This document shows positions 7,730 through 15,477 of a stretch of DNA of 18,662 bases, one piece after another. The position numbers and the translations under genes were made by a program. Every line of letters starts with the position of its first letter. The stretch's first letter is position 1. The DNA comes from Planctomycetota bacterium (GTDB lineage Bacteria; Planctomycetota; MHYJ01; WSZJ01): assembly GCA_038060895.1 (NCBI GenBank), contig JBBTCT010000045.1, forward strand, positions 1 to 18,662. The letters run 5' to 3'. The notes beneath the pieces are model-generated. The model did no database searches. It was not told the origin of the DNA and worked only from the letters and a program-made list of their open reading frames with translations.

Positions 7730-8847
7730 AGCGCGCGGCGACGGCGCTGGTGCGGGACGTGCCGGAGGCGCGAGCCGCCGCCGCCGCAGCGCTGCGCTCG
7801 GCAGCCGGGAAGCTGGGCCGCTCGCCGGTAGCCGCGCTGGTCTTCGCGACGCCGCACTACCGGAGGGGCGCGAGCGCGATCCTCGATGAGCTGAAATCCG
7901 CAGGCTGCACGAATGTTGCAGGCGGATGCGCCGCGGGGGTGCTGACGGACGAGGGAGAAGCGGAAGATGGCAGAGCCCTGGCGCTGATGGCGTTTGCGGA
8001 GGACGGGATTCGCGCGTTCCACGAGCCGGGCGCCGACCGCCTCCGCGGGGCGCTCGACGGCTCTCCCCTTGGCGTCATCTTCCCCGATCCCGCCGAAGTC
8101 GATCTCGCCGAATTACTCAACGGTTTCGACTCCGGTGGTGAGTTCGAGCCGCTTGTCGGCGGGGCGCTGTCGGGCGGAAGCGAAAAAGCCGGGCACTTCC
8201 AGTTCGCCGGAGACCGTGTCGAAAAAGGTGGCGTGGGCGGCGCGGCCATAGAATCCGAAAAGCTGGTTTACGGGGTCGCCCACGGTTGCCGGCCGATCGG
8301 ACACCCGCTGGTGATCACTCGCGCGCACGGCCACCTGGTCCTGGGACTCGCGGGGAAACCCCCGCTCGAAATGCTCAAGGACACGCTCCAGGACCACGCC
8401 CGCAACGGCGGTCCCGGCGGCCCCGTCATGGCCGGCATCGCGATGGACTCTTCAAAGTCCCCGCTCAACCGCGGAGACTTCATCGTCCGCAACCTGATCG
8501 CGATGAAGTCCGAGGAAGGCGAAGTGCTGGCCGTCGGAACGCCGGTGCGAACCGGCCAGACGCTCGTCTTCCAGCTCATGGAAAAGTCGAGCGCGATCCT
8601 GGACATGAAGGAAATGGTCGCGGGCGTGAAGAACGATCTCGGCGGAATGCCCGCCTTCGGCCTGTACTTCAACTGCCGAGGACGCGGAAAAAACCTCTAC
8701 GGCGAAAAGGACCACGACGTGCTCGCCATCCGCGCCGGCCTGGGCGACTTTCCCCTCATCGGTTTTTTCGGCAACGCGGAATTTGCGCCGGTCGGGAAGC
8801 GGAACTGGCTTCACAACTACACGGGAGTGCTGGTCGCCGCGCGCTGA
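7726..8847 (+). CDS. FIST-domain (FIST_N + FIST_C) signal transduction protein
   Basis: AGGCAAGV, LVGGALSG, VAHGCRPIG, DFIVRNL, GLYFNCRGRG, GFFGNAEFAP and HNYT are typical FIST motifs. The GTG start overlaps the kinase TGA (GTGA), with AAGGGG upstream. Confidence 0.92.
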   Translation: MKRAATALVRDVPEARAAAAAALRSAAGKLGRSPVAALVFATPHYRRGASAILDELKSAGCTNVAGGCAAGVLTDEGEAEDGRALALMAFAEDGIRAFHEPGADRLRGALDGSPLGVIFPDPAEVDLAELLNGFDSGGEFEPLVGGALSGGSEKAGHFQFAGDRVEKGGVGGAAIESEKLVYGVAHGCRPIGHPLVITRAHGHLVLGLAGKPPLEMLKDTLQDHARNGGPGGPVMAGIAMDSSKSPLNRGDFIVRNLIAMKSEEGEVLAVGTPVRTGQTLVFQLMEKSSAILDMKEMVAGVKNDLGGMPAFGLYFNCRGRGKNLYGEKDHDVLAIRAGLGDFPLIGFFGNAEFAPVGKRNWLHNYTGVLVAAR

Positions 8848-8857
8848 AATCGCGCCC

Positions 8858-9598
8858 TCAGTTTTTCACGAAGCGGATCGGGTTGAGCTGCACTTTTTTC
8901 CCGTCGACGACGGTGACTTTCCTCTCCATCCAGCCGAGCTCGGGCGCGTAGATCACGATCACGTGCTCGCCCGGCGGCAGATCCGGGATGAAGAAGTATC
9001 CCTCGCCCGTCGTCTTGCAGACACGCGACGCTTCGTAAGAATTCTTGGGATCCCATTCCTTTGAGTCGGCCCCGTAGCCCCGGTCCAGCGGGCGCCAGAC
9101 GATGACGCCGGGAAGCGGCTCGCCGGTCGCGGGTCCGAGGACGACACCTTCGATGGACCCGCCTGGGTCCATCCGGGCCCGGTAGACGACCTCTTCGCCC
9201 TCCTTCACGACGAGATCGCGCCCCCGGAAGCACGCGCCGGTGCCGTAGATGTCGATCCCGTATCGGCCTGGCTTGAGGTAGAGAACGAGGGGAATGCCCT
9301 GGGGTCTGGGTTCAGGGTGATACCAGGTGCCGACGTGGGGCTCCATATGGACCCGGTACTCGGGATCGGTGGGGCCGCAGTCGATCGGGAAGAGCACGTA
9401 GCCGAATCCGAAAGCCAGCCTGTCCCCGTCACGGCGCGCGTCCAGGATCAGCCGGCCGACGCCGCCTGGAGGCATCGGCTCCTGGCAGATCCACTTGGGG
9501 TCAATCGGGCCGCCGCGGCTTGAAGTGCAACCCGCCGCTCCGAACGCAATCGCAACCACCACCGCGGCCACAACGCAGGTCCGAATCATGTCACTCAT
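8858..9598 (-). CDS. Putative lipoprotein with carboxypeptidase-regulatory-like (prealbumin-fold) domain(s)
   Basis: Signal peptide with lipobox AAGC. GSIEGVVLGPATGEPLPGVIV and TTGEGYFFIPDLPPGEHVIVIYAP match the family pattern, and LKPGRYGIDIY may mark a second degenerate repeat. GAGG upstream of the start. Confidence 0.75.
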   Translation of the reverse strand: MSDMIRTCVVAAVVVAIAFGAAGCTSSRGGPIDPKWICQEPMPPGGVGRLILDARRDGDRLAFGFGYVLFPIDCGPTDPEYRVHMEPHVGTWYHPEPRPQGIPLVLYLKPGRYGIDIYGTGACFRGRDLVVKEGEEVVYRARMDPGGSIEGVVLGPATGEPLPGVIVWRPLDRGYGADSKEWDPKNSYEASRVCKTTGEGYFFIPDLPPGEHVIVIYAPELGWMERKVTVVDGKKVQLNPIRFVKN

Positions 9599-9638
9599 CT
9601 CGTGTTTCCTCTTCCCACCCCAGGATCCCCCGCCACGT

Positions 9639-10400
9639 TCAGCGCGCCGCCGTCAGCGCGCGCCCGCCGTCCACCGACAACAGCACGCCCGTCGTCCAAC
9701 GCGCGCCGGGCGACGCGAAGTAGAGCGCGGCCTCGGCGACTTCGTCCGGCGTCCCGACGCGCCCCGAGGGGTGCGTCGTCTTCGAGCGCTCGAGAAAGGC
9801 TGCATAGGCTCCTTCGTCCATCCCTCCCGTGCGGTGCAGGTCCGTCACGACCACGCCGGGGAGGATCGCGTTCACTGTCACTTTCTTCGGCGCCAGTTCC
9901 AGCGCCAGCGACTGGGTGATCATGTTCACGGCGGCCTTGGAAACGCAATAGCCGAGAAGCCCGCCGTACGGGCGGATCCCCGTGACGCTTCCGAGATTGA
10001 CGATCGAGCCGCCCCCGCGTTTGACGAGAAGCGGCGCGCATGCCCGGGTGACCTCGATGACTCCCTCGACGTTCGTGTCCATCAGGTCGCGCCATTTGGA
10101 GCGATTGAAGTCCAGGATGCCCCCGTTTCCGATGATGCCGGCGTTGTTCACGAGGATGTCGAGCCCGCCGAAAGTCCTTTCGCACTCTGCGGCCCAGCGG
10201 TCCGCGTCCTCCGGACGGCGGACGTCCCCCGTCGAAACCGCGCTTCTTCCCTTGAGCGATTTCACCGTTGCGTCGAGCGAATCGCGGCGGCGTCCCGTGA
10301 GAAAGACGGACGCCCCTTCAGCCGAGAAAAGCGCCGCGATCGCCCGGCCGATTCCCGAACCCGCGCCCGTCACGAGCGCGACCTTGTCCTTCAGTTTCAT
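9639..10400 (-). CDS. Classical short-chain dehydrogenase/reductase (SDR), 253 aa
   Basis: MKLKDKVALVTGAGSGIG, NNAG, catalytic YCVSK, VNAILPG, VDGG. GGAG 5 nt before the ATG. ATGA overlap with the upstream gene. Confidence 0.96.
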   Translation of the reverse strand: MKLKDKVALVTGAGSGIGRAIAALFSAEGASVFLTGRRRDSLDATVKSLKGRSAVSTGDVRRPEDADRWAAECERTFGGLDILVNNAGIIGNGGILDFNRSKWRDLMDTNVEGVIEVTRACAPLLVKRGGGSIVNLGSVTGIRPYGGLLGYCVSKAAVNMITQSLALELAPKKVTVNAILPGVVVTDLHRTGGMDEGAYAAFLERSKTTHPSGRVGTPDEVAEAALYFASPGARWTTGVLLSVDGGRALTAAR

Positions 10401-12154
10401 GGTTTCTCCAGGAATGCGTCCAGCGGCGCGCCCGCCATGTCCCCGGGCGGCTCGACGCCGAGCCACCGCAGTACGGTCGGCGCGAAGTCAACGTGCCGGA
10501 CGCCCGCTGCTTCGGAATGCAGAAACCCGGGTCCCGCGAAAACCATGGCGGCTCGCAAACGGGCGATCCGCGGGTCGCCGGAATGATAGCCCATCGGGGG
10601 GGAGATCTCGCGCACGAGCGGGGAGTCCTTTGCCGGCAGCTCCGGGGAGAGAAACGCGTACAGGCGGACGCCGTCGCACGCCGCGGAGAGCCACGCGTCG
10701 CCTTCGGGACTTGCGGCGAGGTCGGCGGAATTCGTGCCGGGCCGGAACGGGGGCAGAAGTGATCCCGCGCCCAGCGACGCCTCGGCCGCCTTCGAAATTT
10801 CGCGCTCCGCCAGTGACAGCCACGCCTCCTTTTCTCCTGGGGGGACGATGCCGCCGAAGCGGTCGAGCGTGTTGACCGTGAGGAAATCGCCGGAGCGGGC
10901 GAAGATCACCTGCGTGGCCGCGAGGCTGATGCCTCCCGTGGGAGAGCGCGCGAGGAGGCCGGCGCGCTCGAGGGCGAGATTCGGGTAGAAGACGCGGTCC
11001 ACCGGGGCCATGCCGTGGTCGCTGACGACCGCGATCGCGCCCTCGGGGCCCAGGGCTGACGCAAGGTCGCCAAGGAGCGAGTCGCACACCGCGAGGACTT
11101 CGTCGAGCGTCGCCGCGGCCTCCCGGTCTGCCCAGATCTCGATCTTGCCGAGGAGTTCATGCAGCGCTTCGTCCGGCTGGGGGAGGTAGGCGATCGTGAG
11201 ATCCGAGGGGCGTTCCTTCATCGCCCAGAGCACTGCCTTCTTCACCTGCTCCGCGTTCAATTTCGTCGCGGCGAGATACGCCTCGCGCTTCCAGGGTGTC
11301 CCGTCGAGCAGTGGCGGATCGAGTTTCTGCGCGTTGTACGCGTAGCCGCCTACCTGGCTTCGAAAGCGTGCGGCATCCGCTTCCGATGGGGCTGCGACGG
11401 TGGAGTAGGAGGAGCGGAGAAGGGCCCATCCGGCTGGTTCGAATCGGGCGAGGTAAAGGTAGAAAACGCCGCGCACGCCGGGGTGATCCACCGCGACCCA
11501 GGTTGCACGCGGGACGTGGACGTGAAGGGGAGGGCACGAAACGGCGAGGCCGTCGCCGTCGCGTTCGACGGTGAAGGTGCGATCATCTGCGGCGAACGCC
11601 GGACCTGTCACGATCGCGGACCGGACGAGATTCCGGTAGCCGTTGAAAATCCGAAGGGACGGAATCCCGAGATCGTCTCCATTGTCCGGTTCCGCGTGAG
11701 TCGCCTGCACCACGGTCACCGTTTTCCCGGCCCGCGCCGCGATCCGCCAAACCGGGTCGGCCGCCAGGGCGGAAGCGTCGAAGCCCGGCCGGAATTCCAG
11801 GATCGAATGCGCCGTGCGAGGCAGCACCGGCGTTTCGTTGCCGAGGATCTTCGTGCGGTCCGACCAGCACCCGGTCCACAGCGTCGCGTGAGCCGGCGCC
11901 GTCTTAGCAGGGTAGCTCGAAACGCTCCCGCCGGAAGCGGAAGAGCCGCGGGCGACGAGGGCCGCCAGGTTCGGCATCTTGCCGGCGGCCATCTTCTGCT
12001 GCGCGAGATCCCAGGGAAGCCCGTCCAGCGACAGCACCAGGAGTTGCCGCCTGGAAGCGGGTCTCGCGTTGTCGGCCGATCCGTTCTCCGTGGCGCAACC
12101 GGCGACCCCGAGCGCGAAGGCGAAAGCGAGGAGAACAAGGGTGACGAGGCGCAT
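10397..12154 (-). CDS. Alkaline phosphatase superfamily, nucleotide pyrophosphatase/phosphodiesterase-type lipoprotein, 585 aa
   Basis: Signal peptide MRLVTLVLLAFAFALGVAGC with lipobox. Metal and catalytic motifs VLSLDG, PAKTAPAHATLWTG (Thr nucleophile position), YLPQPDEALH, VVSDHGM, GYHSG. Confidence 0.9.
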   Translation of the reverse strand: MRLVTLVLLAFAFALGVAGCATENGSADNARPASRRQLLVLSLDGLPWDLAQQKMAAGKMPNLAALVARGSSASGGSVSSYPAKTAPAHATLWTGCWSDRTKILGNETPVLPRTAHSILEFRPGFDASALAADPVWRIAARAGKTVTVVQATHAEPDNGDDLGIPSLRIFNGYRNLVRSAIVTGPAFAADDRTFTVERDGDGLAVSCPPLHVHVPRATWVAVDHPGVRGVFYLYLARFEPAGWALLRSSYSTVAAPSEADAARFRSQVGGYAYNAQKLDPPLLDGTPWKREAYLAATKLNAEQVKKAVLWAMKERPSDLTIAYLPQPDEALHELLGKIEIWADREAAATLDEVLAVCDSLLGDLASALGPEGAIAVVSDHGMAPVDRVFYPNLALERAGLLARSPTGGISLAATQVIFARSGDFLTVNTLDRFGGIVPPGEKEAWLSLAEREISKAAEASLGAGSLLPPFRPGTNSADLAASPEGDAWLSAACDGVRLYAFLSPELPAKDSPLVREISPPMGYHSGDPRIARLRAAMVFAGPGFLHSEAAGVRHVDFAPTVLRWLGVEPPGDMAGAPLDAFLEKP

Positions 12155-12165
12155 GCGGGCGCGGA

Positions 12166-12174
12166 ATTGTAACA
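12166..12174 (-). promoter_or_regulatory. Candidate extended -10 promoter (TGTTACAAT)
   Basis: TGn + TACAAT on the minus strand, 11 nt before the ATG of the NPP-family gene, in a divergent intergenic gap. Confidence 0.5.
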
Positions 12175-12223
12175 GCCAATCCCTGTCGTCCCTTCGCCGT
12201 TTCTCCGTCATAATGCCGGAGCA

Positions 12224-12991
12224 ATGCCCCCCCTGAATTTTCCCTGTCCCTCCTGCGGCTCGATGGTTTCCACCGTCGGGCTCGCCCCCGGCGCCGTCCC
12301 GTTCTGTTCCGGCTGCGGCGCGACCTTTCCGCATTCCGCCCACGCTTCTCCCGTGTCCGGCTCTTCCCCGGGCGCGGGTGTCGCCGGTATCGGCGCCTTC
12401 GTCGTGGGCGCCGTCGTCCTCGCCGGCATCGCCGGCGTCGCATTCATGTTCATCACGAGCCGCGGCAGCATGTCGCGCCACATGGCGCGGGCCCAGGAGG
12501 AAACCCACCTTGCGGCCAGGCAAGCGAACATTGATCGCGCAAGGCGGCTGGCCGTCCAGCTGGAGGATCCGGACGCCAACAAGTCTCTTCAGGCCTGGCA
12601 CGGTCTCGCCGGCTGCGACGCGGCCAACCACTGGGGAACCTTCGACGTGCTTGACGAACTCTTCTCGCGCACCCATGCGCGCAATGCGCTCTGGAACCTC
12701 TCGAACGGATTTCAGATGTACTACGGGCAAAGGGGGGAGGAAGCGATTGCGCGGGAGCTGGTGGCCCGCAAGACCTCGGATGAGGAAGTCGATCTGCTGT
12801 GCCAGTCGCTCGAGCAGTACGCCGACTCCGTCGCGCGCGACGCAGGAGCCGCCAAAGGAGCGGAGATCCGGACGGCCGCCTGGCGTGCGCTGACGAGGGC
12901 GGAAGCGATGGTGGACCGCACCGGGGCGACGAAACGGATCGGACTCGCCCTGGAGCGCGTCCGGTCGAAGATGCCCGCGGAAAAACGGTGA
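12224..12991 (+). CDS. Hypothetical single-pass membrane protein with N-terminal zinc ribbon
   Basis: CPSC...CSGC pair at the N-terminus, hydrophobic IGAFVVGAVVLAGIAGVAFMFIT, helical-looking C-terminal domain. It fits between its neighbours without overlap. Confidence 0.75.
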   Translation: MPPLNFPCPSCGSMVSTVGLAPGAVPFCSGCGATFPHSAHASPVSGSSPGAGVAGIGAFVVGAVVLAGIAGVAFMFITSRGSMSRHMARAQEETHLAARQANIDRARRLAVQLEDPDANKSLQAWHGLAGCDAANHWGTFDVLDELFSRTHARNALWNLSNGFQMYYGQRGEEAIARELVARKTSDEEVDLLCQSLEQYADSVARDAGAAKGAEIRTAAWRALTRAEAMVDRTGATKRIGLALERVRSKMPAEKR

Positions 12992-12998
12992 CCTCCAG

Positions 12999-14084
12999 GT
13001 GAACCCGGAGATCCTGCACCTGTATGCGTGGGACGTCGCGTATGAGATTCCGCTTACGGAAGCGGCGCGCGTGCTGGGGCCGGCGGTCGAAGCGATCGTG
13101 CGGCCGGAAAAAGCGGCGCCCAGGGACGTCCCCCTGGAGCGTTCGATCTGCGTCGCGCTGCCCGAGGTCAAGGCCGGCGGCCTCACCATCGGGGTCAGCG
13201 CCAACCTCTTCCAGTTCGGCGTCATCGCCCTGACGCTTCGCTATCGCGCGACCGGCGCGAAGCTCCTGGACTTCGCGCCGCACCACGACCCGAAGCTGGA
13301 AGGCGGCGAGACGCTCAATGCGATCGCACGGCGCTCACTCGACGGGCTCATGGAGCGAATTCGCGGATTGCTCAGGCGCCATCGGATCAGCCCGGACCAG
13401 CCGGAGGCGTTCACCGTGTTCCGGTTCGTGCCTGAAGATGTCGGGATGACCGATGCCGAGGAGTGGCTCAACCGGAACGGGCGCGAGGTGGCGGGATTGA
13501 TCACGGGGGAGGCGGACCCGGGCCGGCTCTCGGCGACGGAAGCCGCCGAGACGGTCGCGGAGCGCTTTTCCTACTACCGCGACGATCTCGCCGTGATCGA
13601 CTGGGACGCGGCCCTGATCGTGGACAAGGGCCCGGCCGCGGACGTCGTACGCATCCTCGAGCTCGCGAATCTGCAGCTCGTCGAGTACCGGCACTACGAC
13701 CAGGAACTCGACCGCGTAGTGTCGCGCGCGTACGACGACCTGGAGCGGCTGACGGCCCGGAAGATGTTCTCGTTTCAAGCCGGCAACCTGCTGGGCGAAC
13801 TTCGCGAACTTCGCGTCAGCGTCTCGGAAGTCGCCGACGAAGTCGAAAATGCCACCAAGTACATCGGCGACTGGCACCTCGCGAGGCAGTACATGGGGTG
13901 CGCCAGGCGCTTTCACCTGCCGGAGTGGCGCCGTACCGTCGAGGACCGGCTGAAGACACTTGAAGAGCTTTACAACCTCGTGGCCGTCGAATCGTCCAAT
14001 CAGAAGATGCTGATCCTCGAGATGATCATCGTCCTGCTGTTCATCGTGGACCTGGTCGTCCTGGCAATGGCGGCCAGGCGATGA
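12999..14084 (+). CDS. RMD1/DUF155-like protein with C-terminal TM helix
   Basis: YAWDVAYEI, DDLAVIDWDAALI, ELANLQLVEYRHYDQELD, ENATKYIGDWHLARQY, FHLPEW, and terminal LEMIIVLLFIVD. Family assignment is from recalled motif similarity. Confidence 0.75.
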   Translation: MNPEILHLYAWDVAYEIPLTEAARVLGPAVEAIVRPEKAAPRDVPLERSICVALPEVKAGGLTIGVSANLFQFGVIALTLRYRATGAKLLDFAPHHDPKLEGGETLNAIARRSLDGLMERIRGLLRRHRISPDQPEAFTVFRFVPEDVGMTDAEEWLNRNGREVAGLITGEADPGRLSATEAAETVAERFSYYRDDLAVIDWDAALIVDKGPAADVVRILELANLQLVEYRHYDQELDRVVSRAYDDLERLTARKMFSFQAGNLLGELRELRVSVSEVADEVENATKYIGDWHLARQYMGCARRFHLPEWRRTVEDRLKTLEELYNLVAVESSNQKMLILEMIIVLLFIVDLVVLAMAARR

Positions 14085-15469
14085 AGCGCCTGCTGCTACT
14101 GGCGCTCTCGGCCGCGATGGCGGGGGGCTGCAGCGATCCGCCCACGATCGAAGAGCGGGCGCTGGAGCCTCTTGGATCCCGGGCCGACTCCTTTCGGGAC
14201 GCGCGCGGGCTGAAGGGCGCCGACCGGGAGGCCTACTTCTGGCTGCTCTGGCGGGCGGCGCGGAGACACACGGTCGACGCGCAGGAGCGCTCGACGGTGG
14301 ATGTGGATGAGATCACTCCTGAATTCCTCGAGCGCCGGGTTGCCCAGGGCCGTGAGGCGCAGGACTATCCGTGGTCTCCGCGTGACGAAGCCCAGTGGCG
14401 GAGCGGCGTGCTGATGTACCGCGTGGGGACGGAAGCCCTCACGAACTGGCACTCCGCGTGGCGACAGGACGAGGCCGTCAGGCAGCGGGTCGGGGAGTTC
14501 GCCGCCGGGTGGGAGGCGGACAGGGAAGGAACGCTGAAACGGCTGCTGCATTACCTGAATGCGGAAGTCCTGGGCGCCCGCGCCAGGAGAAAGCCAAGGG
14601 GCCTTCCCGACCTCGACCCTGCGACCTGCCTGAAAGATGGCGGCGGTCGCAGCACCGATCTCTCCATCGCTGCCATCACCCTCTTCCGTTCCTGGGGCAT
14701 CCCCGCCGCGTTGGTCCGATGCCCGCTCGTCAACGGCGAAGCGAGCGGCGACGCGTGGGTCGGAATACCGGGGACCGAAATCTGGATGAAGCCCGCGGAC
14801 ACCGAGCCTGCTTCCCCTGCGTATTTCGCCTACCGGCGCGGCGACGCCCGGCTTCCGAAGGTCTACGTGTGCGAAGAGCGAAATGACTACTCGAATCTCG
14901 TTTCTGTCCGGAACTCGCTTTCATTCTGGACTCAGTACGCGTTCGTGTGGCAGTCGGCGGCCGACGCCTCCGCGCAGCTTCCCGGCGCGGTGCCCGTCGT
15001 CTTCGAGAATCTCCCGGACCCTGTTTTCCTCTCCATGTTTGCGGGAAGCGGCTGGCTTGACGTCGCGCCCGGAAGGCCAAGGGATGACGGCAGCACTGAT
15101 TTTGGTCCCTGCGCACCGGGGCTCCTCTACCTGCTCACGACCCCGGGACCTCGCGGACTGCAACTTCCGGCCGGTGTGCCCTTCGTCCTCAAACCGGACG
15201 GAACACGCGAGGAGCTGCCGGGCGATGGCCCGGAAATCGAATGGGAGTGGTCAGCTCCTGCCGAACTGCCGACCGCCCGGCCCAACGTCTGGCGCGATGG
15301 CGGGTTCGTGCCGGCGAAATTGGTGGAGCGGGATGGAAAGCGGTTCGTGGCAGGACCGCGAAATGCGCTATGGCTGGCGTGGCGCGAGGGCCCGGAAAGC
15401 GGCGGACGGGGGAAGCCCGTGGGTAGACCCTTCGTGGTCGGGGAAGGCGGGGTGCTGAAGGAGTACTGA
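14081..15469 (+). CDS. Transglutaminase-like-domain lipoprotein, catalytic Cys and His apparently substituted
   Basis: Lipobox AGGC. YPWS...VLMYRVGTEALTNW and GGRSTDLS...LFRSWGIPA...GDAWV resemble the GxC...RxxGIP...HxW core. ATGA overlap with the upstream gene. Confidence 0.75.
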   Translation: MKRLLLLALSAAMAGGCSDPPTIEERALEPLGSRADSFRDARGLKGADREAYFWLLWRAARRHTVDAQERSTVDVDEITPEFLERRVAQGREAQDYPWSPRDEAQWRSGVLMYRVGTEALTNWHSAWRQDEAVRQRVGEFAAGWEADREGTLKRLLHYLNAEVLGARARRKPRGLPDLDPATCLKDGGGRSTDLSIAAITLFRSWGIPAALVRCPLVNGEASGDAWVGIPGTEIWMKPADTEPASPAYFAYRRGDARLPKVYVCEERNDYSNLVSVRNSLSFWTQYAFVWQSAADASAQLPGAVPVVFENLPDPVFLSMFAGSGWLDVAPGRPRDDGSTDFGPCAPGLLYLLTTPGPRGLQLPAGVPFVLKPDGTREELPGDGPEIEWEWSAPAELPTARPNVWRDGGFVPAKLVERDGKRFVAGPRNALWLAWREGPESGGRGKPVGRPFVVGEGGVLKEY

Positions 15470-15477
15470 GGCTGACA

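Noticed and set aside
12155-13225. 357-aa N-terminal extension of the NPP-family ORF (942 aa in the track)
   Set aside because: Antisense to two better-supported plus-strand genes. The signal peptide and an extended -10 point to ATG 12154.
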